Origin: Clostridia bacterium
Lineage (GTDB): Bacteria; Bacillota; Clostridia; Oscillospirales; CAG-272
DNA: 64,000 bases
Assembly: GCA_017453285.1 (NCBI GenBank)
Contig: JAFTKL010000008.1
Span: 14,434 to 78,433 of the forward strand
Direction of reading: 5' to 3'
Shown: positions 15,967 through 24,118 of the stretch, piece by piece
How the letters are laid out: every line of letters begins with the position of its first letter
Numbering within the stretch: the first letter of the stretch is position 1
Notes under the pieces: generated by a model
Told to the model about the DNA's origin: nothing
The model's database searches: none
What the model saw: only the letters and a program-made list of their open reading frames with translations
Translations under genes and position numbers: made by a program

Positions 15967-17817
15967 TTATCTCAATCCTCGCATTGAATTCATGACTGCT
16001 ATAACAAGCACTCCGACGTCGGCAAAGATCGCGAGATCCATTCCCGCCACGCCGATCGCTACGAGCGCAAGGCAAGCGAGCTTTACGCCGATCGAGAACA
16101 CGATGTTCTGCTTTGCTATACGCATACATTTGCGAGAGAGCTTTATAGCATCCGCGACCTTGGAGATATCGTCGTCCATTATGACCACGTCAGCCGCGTC
16201 GGTCGCCGCATCCGAGCCGATACCGCCCATCGCGATACCGACGTCGGCTCTTGCGAGCACGGGCGCGTCGTTGATGCCGTCGCCGACAAAGGCGACCTTG
16301 CCGCCGCTCTCCATCAAGCTTTCAAGCTCTCCGACCTTGTCCTCGGGCAGAAGCGAGGCGCGCACGTCGCAGATGCCGACCTCACGCGCGACCGCCCGTC
16401 CGACGTCCTCGCGGTCGCCCGTGAGCATTACCGTCCGCACGCCGAGCTTTCCGAGCGCGCTGACTGCCGCCGCCGCATTCTCCTTCGGCGCGTCCGCGAG
16501 AGTTATATATCCCGCAAAGACACCGCTGACCGACACGCAAAGCAGAGTCGCGCCGTCGCTCTCTTTTGCTTGGCATCCAACAAGAGCGGGAGTTCCCACT
16601 CTTACCTCGATGCCGTCGACAGTAGCAACTACTCCCCTGCCGCGCTCCTCGCGTATCTCGCTCACTCTCGCGCGGTCGATCTTGCCGCCATAGGCAGAAA
16701 CGATGCTTTTAGCTATCGGGTGAGAGGATGCGTGCTCGGCGTGAGCCGCGTATTCAAGCAAAAGCTCGCGGCTGATCCCGACCGCCTCTACCTCTCTTAG
16801 CACGAATCTGCCGCAGGTCAGCGTACCGGTCTTGTCGGTTGCGACACACTTGAGTGATGCAAGCGTCTCAAGACAGTTCGAGCCCTTGACGAGTATTCCG
16901 CGCTTGCTCGCCCCACCAAGACTTGCGAAAAATCCCATCGGGATGCTGATGACGAGCGCACAAGGACAGCTTATAACGAGAAAGCTGAGTGCGCGGTATA
17001 TCCACTCGCCCACATTCGCGTCTCTGCCTGTAGCAAAAAGCACGAGCGGAGGCAAAAGCGCGAGCAGAAGCGCCGCCGCGCAGACCGCGGGGGTGTATAC
17101 TTTAGCAAATTTTGATATAAACTTCTCGGATTTCGACTTGCGCGAGCTTGCGTTCTCGACAAGGTCGAGAATCCTCGCGACCGCCGACTCGCCGTAGACC
17201 TTTGTCGTGCGGATGCGGAGCGGAGAGGAAAGATTGACCGACGCGCTGAGTATCTCGTCTCCGACATATACGTCGCTCGGCATACTCTCGCCCGTGAGCG
17301 CGGAGCTGTCGATTGCCGACTCGCCGCTCTCTATCACGCCGTCAATGGCAACTCGCTCGCCCGGGTTGACGACTATTATCTCGCCTATCTCTACTTCATC
17401 GGGAGAGAGCTCGTAAAGCTCACCGCCGCGCTCGACACGTGCAAAATCCGGGCGGATATCCATAAGTGCGGAGATGCTTTTGCGGCTCTTTCCGAGCGCG
17501 ATGCTCTGAAAAAGCTCGCCTATCTGGTAAAATAGCATTACCGCCACCGCCTCGGTGTAGTCTCCCCTTCCCCATATCGCGATGGCGAGCGCACCGACCG
17601 TGGCTATCGCCATAAGAAAGTTCTCGTCGAGAAGCTGACCGTGTATCAGTCCGCGCGCCGCCGAGAGCAGAACATCGTAACCTATCACGAGATAGGGCAC
17701 GAGCCAGAGGGCAAGCTCGATGTACCACTTAAGCTCGGGGGCGAGGATAAGCAGGGCGAGCATAAAGACGCCGCTGATGATTATCCGCAGAAGCCGTTTT
17801 TTCTGTTTTCTTGTCAT
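15967..17817 (-). CDS. Heavy-metal translocating P1B-type ATPase, probably Cd/Zn type
   Basis: It shows the CPC motif (SCPCALVIS), DKTGTLT, GDGINDAP and MLTGD. There is no fused N-terminal metal-binding domain; that domain is encoded by the preceding small gene. Confidence 0.92.
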   Translation of the reverse strand: MTRKQKKRLLRIIISGVFMLALLILAPELKWYIELALWLVPYLVIGYDVLLSAARGLIHGQLLDENFLMAIATVGALAIAIWGRGDYTEAVAVMLFYQIGELFQSIALGKSRKSISALMDIRPDFARVERGGELYELSPDEVEIGEIIVVNPGERVAIDGVIESGESAIDSSALTGESMPSDVYVGDEILSASVNLSSPLRIRTTKVYGESAVARILDLVENASSRKSKSEKFISKFAKVYTPAVCAAALLLALLPPLVLFATGRDANVGEWIYRALSFLVISCPCALVISIPMGFFASLGGASKRGILVKGSNCLETLASLKCVATDKTGTLTCGRFVLREVEAVGISRELLLEYAAHAEHASSHPIAKSIVSAYGGKIDRARVSEIREERGRGVVATVDGIEVRVGTPALVGCQAKESDGATLLCVSVSGVFAGYITLADAPKENAAAAVSALGKLGVRTVMLTGDREDVGRAVAREVGICDVRASLLPEDKVGELESLMESGGKVAFVGDGINDAPVLARADVGIAMGGIGSDAATDAADVVIMDDDISKVADAIKLSRKCMRIAKQNIVFSIGVKLACLALVAIGVAGMDLAIFADVGVLVIAVMNSMRGLR

Positions 17818-17819
17818 AC

Positions 17820-18038
17820 TCAGAAATAGATAACGCAGTCGCGCTCGACCTTCTTTGCCGCCTTCTGCGCAGCCTTCATTACCTTCTGCTCGTCAGCACC
17901 GTCGCAAAAATCGACGGTGAGCTTGAGTGCCATAAAGTTCACGCTCGCGTCAAGCACACCCTCAAGCTTTTTGATGCACTCTTCGACCTTGAGCGCGCAG
18001 TTGGGGCAATCCACTTCAATTTTGTATACCTTTTTCAT
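17820..18038 (-). CDS. Stand-alone heavy-metal-associated (HMA) domain protein
   Basis: The 72-aa protein reads KIEVDCPNCALKVEECIKKLEGV, the CxxC pattern seen at the N-terminus of Firmicute CadA-type pumps. Its stop is 2 nt before the ATPase ATG. Confidence 0.8.
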   Translation of the reverse strand: MKKVYKIEVDCPNCALKVEECIKKLEGVLDASVNFMALKLTVDFCDGADEQKVMKAAQKAAKKVERDCVIYF

Positions 18039-18050
18039 ATCAATACCTCA

Positions 18051-18084
18051 CATTCAATTAAATGATTGTTTAATCGTTGAATTT
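18051..18084. promoter_or_regulatory. Candidate ArsR/CadC operator
   Basis: An imperfect inverted repeat, ATTCAATTAAA..TTTAATcgTTGAAT, lies between the -10 box and the HMA start codon. Confidence 0.4.
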
Positions 18085-18113
18085 ATTATACCACATCCCC
18101 CGCCCGATGTCAA
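18085..18113 (-). promoter_or_regulatory. Sigma-A promoter of the HMA-ATPase operon
   Basis: On the minus strand: TTGACA (18113-18108), 17-nt spacer, TGgTATAAT (18090-18085). Confidence 0.65.
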
Positions 18114-18174
18114 GGGTAAAAGGAGAAAAAGTTGAATAAACGCGCTGTTTTCTTTGACGCACACACATAAAAAA

Positions 18175-18335
18175 TATATCGAACCTGTAGGGACCGGCGT
18201 CCCCGACGGTCCTAAAACAAAAATATAGATATCTTTTATATCTGTTATCCTTGTTTTGATAATAGACAAATATGCAATTTGTAACCGATACGACATTGGA
18301 CCGCCGAGGACGTCGGTCCCTACAGGTTCGATATA
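18175..18335. mobile_element. 161-bp inverted-repeat element: a REP-doublet or MITE-like non-autonomous element
   Basis: The termini are tatatcgaacctgtagggaccggcgtccccgacggtcc (left) and ggaccgccgaggacgtcggtccctacaggttcgatata (right), about 38-bp imperfect inverted repeats. They enclose an 85-bp AT-rich core. Each end is GTAGGG plus a hairpin, with the GTAG ends facing outward. Confidence 0.75.
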
Positions 18336-18423
18336 GTTTTGTGTTTCGGCAGCAGACGGAAATTCGGCTCTCTACCAATTTTCAACTTTCCACTTTCAAT
18401 TTTCAATTTTTCTCTCTTATCCC

Positions 18424-18452
18424 TTGATATTTCACTTAAAATTTGATATAAT
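18424..18452 (+). promoter_or_regulatory. Sigma-A promoter of the ArsR-family regulator
   Basis: TTGATA (18424-18429), 17-nt spacer, TATAAT (18447-18452). The ATG is at 18483, after the RBS AAAGGAG. Confidence 0.6.
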
Positions 18453-18482
18453 ATATCCGATAACGTCAGAAAGGAGATAAAT

Positions 18483-18857
18483 ATGTCGATACATCTTCCG
18501 CACGACCACGGCAACGCCGAGCGCGAGGAGCTGCTCGCTTCTATGTGGAGCCGCGAGAGCTTCGAGACCGTCTCAAGCCTCTTCAAACAGCTCTCGGACA
18601 CAACACGCCTGCGCATTTTCTGGGTGCTCTGTCACTCCGAGGAGTGCGTTATAAATCTCGCCGCTATTATGAATATGAGCTCGCCCGCCGTGTCACATCA
18701 TCTCCGCCTTCTGAAAGAAGCAGGACTCGTCGTCACGCGCAGAGAGGAAAAAGAGGTCTACTACAAGGTCGCAGACACCGAAGAAGCCTCACTTTTGCAC
18801 TCTATGATCGAGCAGCTTGAGCATATAACCTGCCCCGATGAGAAAAAAAGCAACTAA
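18483..18857 (+). CDS. ArsR/SmtB-family metalloregulator (CadC-like)
   Basis: It shows the winged-HTH signature LSDTTRLRIFWVLCHSEECVINLAAIMNMSSPAVSHHLRLLKEAGLV. It is divergent from the ATPase operon. Confidence 0.88.
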   Translation: MSIHLPHDHGNAEREELLASMWSRESFETVSSLFKQLSDTTRLRIFWVLCHSEECVINLAAIMNMSSPAVSHHLRLLKEAGLVVTRREEKEVYYKVADTEEASLLHSMIEQLEHITCPDEKKSN

Positions 18858-18871
18858 TTTGCGAAAAGATC

Positions 18872-18900
18872 TTGATTTCACGCAAAGTTTATTATATAAT
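18872..18900 (+). promoter_or_regulatory. Sigma-A promoter of asnA
   Basis: TTGATT (18872-18877), 17-nt spacer, TATAAT (18895-18900). Confidence 0.6.
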
Positions 18901-18939
18901 TATATGGTTATTTCCGTTATTTGAAAGGACACTTTTACA

Positions 18940-19947
18940 ATGAACAAAACCTTCGTACCCGAGGGCTACCGTCCTCAGCTCGATGCCTACCAGACGCAGA
19001 GAGCGATCGAATACATCAAAAGAACTTTTCAGGCTGAGTTTTCCTCGGCCCTTCACCTAAAGAGAGTTACCGCTCCCCTATTCGTTGCCGAGAATTCCGG
19101 TCTTAACGACAACCTCTCGGGCAAGGAGCGCCCCGTATCCTTCGATATCCCCGCGATCGGTCTTGATGCGCAGGTCGTTCACTCGCTTGCAAAGTGGAAG
19201 AGACTCGCGCTCAAGAGATATAATTTCGGTGTCGGCGACGGACTTTATACCGATATGAACGCAATACGGCGCGACGAGTGGCTCGATAACGTGCATTCTA
19301 TATACGTTGACCAGTGGGACTGGGAAAAGATAATCACCCGCGAGACGAGAAATATGGATTATCTCAAGCTCATAGTCACCGCGATCGTTGAGGCTATCTG
19401 CAACACCAACGACCGCCTGCGCGTGCGCTTTCCTCAGCTCACGACCGAGCTTTGCCGCAAGGTCTCATTTATCACCACGCAGGAGCTTGAGGATCTCTAC
19501 CCCGACCTTTCGGGCAACGAGCGCGAGAACGCGTATCTGCGCGAGCACAAGACTGCGTTTATTATGCAGATCGGCGGTGCGCTCCGCTCAGGCAAGCCGC
19601 ACGACAACCGCGCGCCCGACTACGACGACTGGTCGCTCAACGGCGATATCTTCTTCTGGGACGACGTACTTGGAAGAGCGCTTGAGATCTCCTCAATGGG
19701 TATCCGCGTTGACGCACAGACGCTCGACCGCCAGCTCACGATAGCAGGCTGTGACGATCGCCGCGCGCTTCCCTTCCATCAGATGCTGCTCCACGACGAG
19801 CTTCCCCTCACCATCGGCGGCGGTATCGGTCAGTCGCGCCTTTGTATGCTTATGATGGGCTGCGCTCACATCGGTGAGGTACAGTCGAGCATCTGGGACA
19901 GCGAGACTATCCGCATCTGCGAGGAAAACGGTATACCGTTGCTTTGA
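18940..19947 (+). CDS. asnA: Aspartate-ammonia ligase (asparagine synthetase A)
   Basis: The 335-aa protein begins ..QTQRAIEYIKRTFQAEFSSALHLKRVTAPLFV and continues through ..SSMGIRVD, ending GGGIGQSRLCMLMMG. This is typical AsnA, a class-II aaRS-like fold. Confidence 0.9.
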   Translation: MNKTFVPEGYRPQLDAYQTQRAIEYIKRTFQAEFSSALHLKRVTAPLFVAENSGLNDNLSGKERPVSFDIPAIGLDAQVVHSLAKWKRLALKRYNFGVGDGLYTDMNAIRRDEWLDNVHSIYVDQWDWEKIITRETRNMDYLKLIVTAIVEAICNTNDRLRVRFPQLTTELCRKVSFITTQELEDLYPDLSGNERENAYLREHKTAFIMQIGGALRSGKPHDNRAPDYDDWSLNGDIFFWDDVLGRALEISSMGIRVDAQTLDRQLTIAGCDDRRALPFHQMLLHDELPLTIGGGIGQSRLCMLMMGCAHIGEVQSSIWDSETIRICEENGIPLL

Positions 19948-20103
19948 TGGCTTTATAAATAAGGAACGTTTACATTCCTTCTCATTAGGGTGACAACCAT
20001 TTTGCTGACGTGTGCACTCCTATTTGGATAACGTCTATACCACTAATAACTTTCGGCAGAGATATTGTTTTCTCTGCCGCTTTGTGTTACAATAAAATGG
20101 GTG

Positions 20104-20619
20104 ATGAAAATGGATGAATTGAAAAACCGAAAAACTACTCGATTAAAGGGCGCTGATTATAATCGAAACCAGGTCGTTTTTTTGACGATATGCACCAAGG
20201 AACGACGCTGTATTCTCTCTCGAATTGTAGGGACCGGCGTCCTCGACGGTCCAAAAATCGAATTAACAAAATACGGACAAATTGCAGACAAATACATCAA
20301 ACAATTAAGTAATTTTTATGATGACTTTTCTGTCGAAAGCTATGTGATCATGCCAAATCACATTCATATTATGCTGTGGGTAAAAGGTGCCATAAATGGA
20401 CCGTCGGGGACGCCGGTCCCTACAAAACAAAATTCTATTCCGGCACGGTTCGTGTCAACGTTCAAGAGATTTTGCAATAAAGAATATGGGGAAAATATGT
20501 GGCAATACCGTTCTAACGATCACATCATCCGAAACCGCGAAGACTATGAAGAGCATTTGCGGTATATTTACGAAAATCCGCTACGTTGGTACTACGACGA
20601 ACTATATAAAGAAGAATAA
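20104..20619 (+). CDS. IS200-like Y1 HUH transposase-family protein (REP-associated tyrosine transposase, RAYT-like)
   Basis: The HUH motif is in YVIMPNHIHIML. A C-terminal tyrosine motif is in LRYIYENPLRW. The size is about 171 aa. No IS ends or a partner tnpB gene are present. It carries two REP-like hairpins in frame (see the two repeat features below). Confidence 0.75.
   Translation: MKMDELKNRKTTRLKGADYNRNQVVFLTICTKERRCILSRIVGTGVLDGPKIELTKYGQIADKYIKQLSNFYDDFSVESYVIMPNHIHIMLWVKGAINGPSGTPVPTKQNSIPARFVSTFKRFCNKEYGENMWQYRSNDHIIRNREDYEEHLRYIYENPLRWYYDELYKEE
20227..20252 (+). repeat. GTAGGG-hairpin (REP-like) inside the RAYT-like CDS
   Basis: The sequence is gtagggaccggcgtcctcgacggtcc, which encodes VGTGVLDGP. 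Confidence 0.85.
20398..20423 (-). repeat. GTAGGG-hairpin (REP-like) inside the RAYT-like CDS, inverted
   Basis: The reverse complement is gtagggaccggcgtccccgacggtcc. This is identical 26/26 to the intergenic copy at 18187-18212. It encodes GPSGTPVPT. Confidence 0.85.
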
Positions 20620-20624
20620 CAACG

Positions 20625-20660
20625 ATCCCCGACAGGCACTAAATCTGTCGGGGATTTTAA
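20625..20660 (+). terminator. Intrinsic terminator after the RAYT-like gene
   Basis: A perfect 11-bp stem pairs atccccgacag with ctgtcggggat, followed by TTTAATT. Confidence 0.6.
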
Positions 20661-20754
20661 TTGTGTGTTAAAATATTTTATTTTCCAAAAATCCCTTGCT
20701 TTTTTGTAGAATAGTGCTATAATTACATTTAGTGACTTTTAGCGGAGGTGTGAT

Positions 20755-22122
20755 ATGGCTCGCATAAAGAACGTAGACGTGCTCGGTGGCAAGCTTTTTC
20801 CGTCGATATTGCGATTTGGAATTCCGTTGCTTCTGGTAGCGCTTATCCAGACGCTCTTCAACGCGGTGGATATTATGGTGCTCAGCCAAATGGCAAATAA
20901 CAATGCCGTCGCGTCGGTCGGAGCGACGTCCACGATAGTAAGCCTTATCGTCAATCTCTCGCTCGGTATCTCGATGGGCGCGAAGATCGTTCTTGCGCGA
21001 CTTATCGGCGAGGGTGTAAGAGAAAAAACTCAGCAGACCGTCTTTACCACCATCGTGACCGCGATAATTCTCGGAGTTATCACTATGGTCGTGGGAATTA
21101 CGATTGCGCCTCTCTTCCTCAGACTCACTAATTGCCCGTCCGAGATATACGACGGCGCGCTGCTCTATCTGCAGATTTACTTTGCCGCCGCCCCCGCAAT
21201 AATGCTCTACAACTTCGGCTCGAACCTCATAAGAGTCTCGGGCGACTCGCAAAGACCGCTATACTATATGGTGGCATCGGGTCTGCTCAACATCGTCCTT
21301 AACTATATCCTCTGCCTCATTATGACCGAGAAGGTCGCCGCGGTAGCTATCGCGACGGCGGCGTCACAAGTACTCGGCGCAGTGCTGGTGTTGCGCAGAA
21401 CTTTGGTTATGGACAACGATTGCCGCCTCTGCATCCGCAGCTCCAAGTGGAATTGGCGCTCTTTCTATAAAATTATGGCAAACGGACTTCCGATCGGCTT
21501 CAGCTCCTCGCTCTACTCGATCGCCAATCTGCAGATACAGACCGCTCTCAACTCCTTCGGTCCCGATGCGATCGCAGGAAACGCGGCGGCGGTCAATATC
21601 GAGGCGATAACGGGCTCGATAGCCAACACGCCCTGGACCGCGACGGCAAGCGTATTTATCGGTCAGAACGTGGGCGCAGACAACAAGAAGCGCGTCAAGC
21701 AGTCTATACTTCTCTGCGGCGCGATCGCGCTCTCGCTCTCGCTCATCATCGGTGCGGTAACGATATTCTTCTCAGCACCTCTCCTCTCGCTTTTCGTTGA
21801 TACCGAAGCCGCAGTGCGCTACGGTCAGACAAGAATGCTCTACATAGTCATCCCCTACGTCATAGCCGCATTCAACGGACTTCTCGGCAACGCAATTCAG
21901 GCGTTCGGGTACTCAATATTCTCCACGCTCAACTCGATCTTCTCGGTCTTTGTTTTCCGTATGATCTGGATGAACAATATCTATCCGCTCTGCCCGACCT
22001 TCCACGTGCTGATGCAGTGCTTCCTGGTCTCCTGGATGATAACCGCGGTATTGAATACAGTATTCTTCTTCTATCTCTACTACGGAAAATTCAAAAAGAA
22101 TAAGATCAAGAAAATGGGATAA
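20755..22122 (+). CDS. MATE-family multidrug/toxin efflux transporter
   Basis: The 455-aa polytopic membrane protein begins with the typical MATE pattern ..KLFPSILRFGIPLLLVALIQTLFNAVDIMVLS and shows 12-TM-like periodicity. Confidence 0.85.
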   Translation: MARIKNVDVLGGKLFPSILRFGIPLLLVALIQTLFNAVDIMVLSQMANNNAVASVGATSTIVSLIVNLSLGISMGAKIVLARLIGEGVREKTQQTVFTTIVTAIILGVITMVVGITIAPLFLRLTNCPSEIYDGALLYLQIYFAAAPAIMLYNFGSNLIRVSGDSQRPLYYMVASGLLNIVLNYILCLIMTEKVAAVAIATAASQVLGAVLVLRRTLVMDNDCRLCIRSSKWNWRSFYKIMANGLPIGFSSSLYSIANLQIQTALNSFGPDAIAGNAAAVNIEAITGSIANTPWTATASVFIGQNVGADNKKRVKQSILLCGAIALSLSLIIGAVTIFFSAPLLSLFVDTEAAVRYGQTRMLYIVIPYVIAAFNGLLGNAIQAFGYSIFSTLNSIFSVFVFRMIWMNNIYPLCPTFHVLMQCFLVSWMITAVLNTVFFFYLYYGKFKKNKIKKMG

Positions 22123-22196
22123 GCAGGCGGAAAACAACATTATACCACAAAATAATCTTAAAATATACTCATATTAAGATTTTTTGGAGATTTTTT

Positions 22197-22388
22197 ATGA
22201 GAAACAAAAATAACAAACATCTCGGAATAGAGATTGATCCTGAATTACACTACAAACTGCACTATATTTCAAAATACTACGGTCGCTCGGCGAATGGCGA
22301 GATCCTTTATCTGATACGTCAGGAGATCAAAGCATTCGAAAAGGTCGAGGGAGAAATTGAGATTCCCAAAGAGACAAAAGACAATTAA
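22197..22388 (+). CDS. Small Arc/ribbon-helix-helix-like DNA-binding protein (tentative)
   Basis: The 63-aa protein reads LGIEIDPELHYKLHYISKYYGRSANGEILYLIRQEI, which fits a beta-strand/helix/helix pattern. A stem-loop terminator follows at about 22404-22437. Confidence 0.45.
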   Translation: MRNKNNKHLGIEIDPELHYKLHYISKYYGRSANGEILYLIRQEIKAFEKVEGEIEIPKETKDN

Positions 22389-22448
22389 ACTGTTATCATA
22401 AGCAAAAAGCACTTGCCAAATTTCGCAAGTGCTTTTGTAATTTTGATG

Positions 22449-23978
22449 TCAAAGAGTTATTTCGTTTTCTCCCGCCGCGATCTTATACTCCTTGCCGTCG
22501 ATCACGAGGGTATAGGGTGCGCTCGAGGTGACTGTGCATTTCTTACCGTCCGAGAGAATGTCGGTCTTGACGTCACCGAAGCGCAAGCCCTTTATTCCGA
22601 CCTTTCCCCAACTCTCATGCGGGTGCGACCATTCGACTCTGCGCTCAAATGCGTTCACGGTATGGAAGCCAAGCACGCACTCAATATAGATCGAGATCGG
22701 TCCGAGCGCAGACCAGCCGCAGAAATTCGGACGACACTTGTGATCGTGCGTTTCGGCAGATGCAGGCTCTGGCTTCGTGGGCGAATAGCACTCCCAGATG
22801 GTGTGAGGCTCGTAATCGGTGTAGGTCTTGTACATATGCTCGAGTATCTTCACGCCCGCGCGGTGTGCAACGTCGTAAAAGCCGTAGCGCACAAGTCCGC
22901 AGAGCGACGCGTAAGCGGTGGGCATCCAGAGCGAGCCGCGCCAATAAAGTCCGTCGCTCTCAAAGTCGTTATCCGAGCGAGAGAGCGAAAGCAGGGGCAC
23001 GTCGCCTCCCATAGTCTCGGGCTCGTCGACGCGAAGTGCGAGCTTCTCAGCCTGCTCACCCGACGCAACGCCCGAGGTCAATGCCCAATAGGACGCGGTG
23101 GTCATTACCTTGTAAAAGGAGTGGTCTCTGCGGTCGACGTCGTAGTAAAATCCGTCCTCTTCGTCCCAATAGACGCTGTTGATTATATCCTTCTTTTCGT
23201 CGTACCTCGCGCGCCAGAGCTCTGCATTCTCAGCGTCGCCGACAAGTGCGAACATCTCGCTGATTATATCCGCCGAGAGCGCCTGCTGGCAGATCGCGTC
23301 GATCCAGAGCATTTCGGGGTTGTTCGGTCTCTGCCCCTGCGCGTGCTCGGTCGTTCTTCCTCTCGGGGTGTTGTCCATTCCCGAGCATCCGCCCTCCCAT
23401 CTGTAGCCGTATTTCTCGGCGGTAAGGCAAGTGGGTAGCAGAACGTTCGGCAGCTTGACCGACTCGCGAAGGCTCTCTATCCATTCGTAGTGCTTTTGCA
23501 AAACGCCCTTATCATACAGCAGCTCGCGTAGATATTCGACGTCTCCGCGAACGAGCGCGTTTACGTACTCCGCCCACGCGAAAAGCGGCGGATTGTCGGC
23601 AAGATGGACCTTTATATTATACGGCACACCGGGAGTCGCGCCCGTCCAAAAGGGCTCGTTCTCGGGCGGTATGACCTCGGGCAGAGGCTTGCCGCCGTAG
23701 AGTGCCTCGTAGAAATTATTCAGAGTCTCGACTCCCGGAAAAACGTCCTGCGCGTATTTGCAGAAAAGCGTCATAAAGCAGGTATCCCAGATCCAGACCT
23801 GCGTGTCGCAGAACGCCTCGTCCATATAGGGAGTCTGCGGCATTCCGGGGATGTCCTTTATATGCGCAAAAGCAAGCTCCCACGCCTTTTTGTAGAATTC
23901 GTAATATTCGGGGTGCGCCTCGCACACGGGTGTCGGGATGTAGCTCTCCCAATACGCACAGCCAAATCTTTTTTCCAT
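22449..23978 (-). CDS. (alpha/alpha)6-barrel glycoside hydrolase, GH63/trehalase-like (tentative family)
   Basis: The 509-aa cytoplasmic protein shows the motif ..CDTQVWIWDTCFMTLFCKY.. and W/Y-rich acidic segments resembling MGH1/GH63-type enzymes. No search was run. Confidence 0.55.
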   Translation of the reverse strand: MEKRFGCAYWESYIPTPVCEAHPEYYEFYKKAWELAFAHIKDIPGMPQTPYMDEAFCDTQVWIWDTCFMTLFCKYAQDVFPGVETLNNFYEALYGGKPLPEVIPPENEPFWTGATPGVPYNIKVHLADNPPLFAWAEYVNALVRGDVEYLRELLYDKGVLQKHYEWIESLRESVKLPNVLLPTCLTAEKYGYRWEGGCSGMDNTPRGRTTEHAQGQRPNNPEMLWIDAICQQALSADIISEMFALVGDAENAELWRARYDEKKDIINSVYWDEEDGFYYDVDRRDHSFYKVMTTASYWALTSGVASGEQAEKLALRVDEPETMGGDVPLLSLSRSDNDFESDGLYWRGSLWMPTAYASLCGLVRYGFYDVAHRAGVKILEHMYKTYTDYEPHTIWECYSPTKPEPASAETHDHKCRPNFCGWSALGPISIYIECVLGFHTVNAFERRVEWSHPHESWGKVGIKGLRFGDVKTDILSDGKKCTVTSSAPYTLVIDGKEYKIAAGENEITL

Positions 23979-24118
23979 AGCATTTCTCCTTTGAGTCTTG
24001 TAAGAAAATTATAGCATTTTTCTCACGCTTTGTCAACAGAGAAACATTGAGTTTAGCTTTTAACCCAAAAAGGCTGCTTCACTTAGATGCAAAAGTCTCT
24101 AAATGAAGCAGCCCTCTT

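Noticed and set aside
18380-18412. A run of TTTCAA-like hexamers (ttttcaactttccactttcaattttcaattttt) upstream of the ArsR promoter as a regulatory array.
   Set aside because: It is short and AT-rich with irregular spacing. It could simply be an UP-element-like A/T tract, and nothing points to a specific binding protein.
22413-23438. A 341-aa plus-strand ORF, the 386-aa minus-strand ORF at 27890-29050, and the 364-aa plus-strand ORF at 33538-34632.
   Set aside because: Each is antisense to a better-supported gene: the GH63-like gene, the 27839/RNHCP/gatC genes, and the 583-aa LemA partner. None has an RBS, and all have biased composition.
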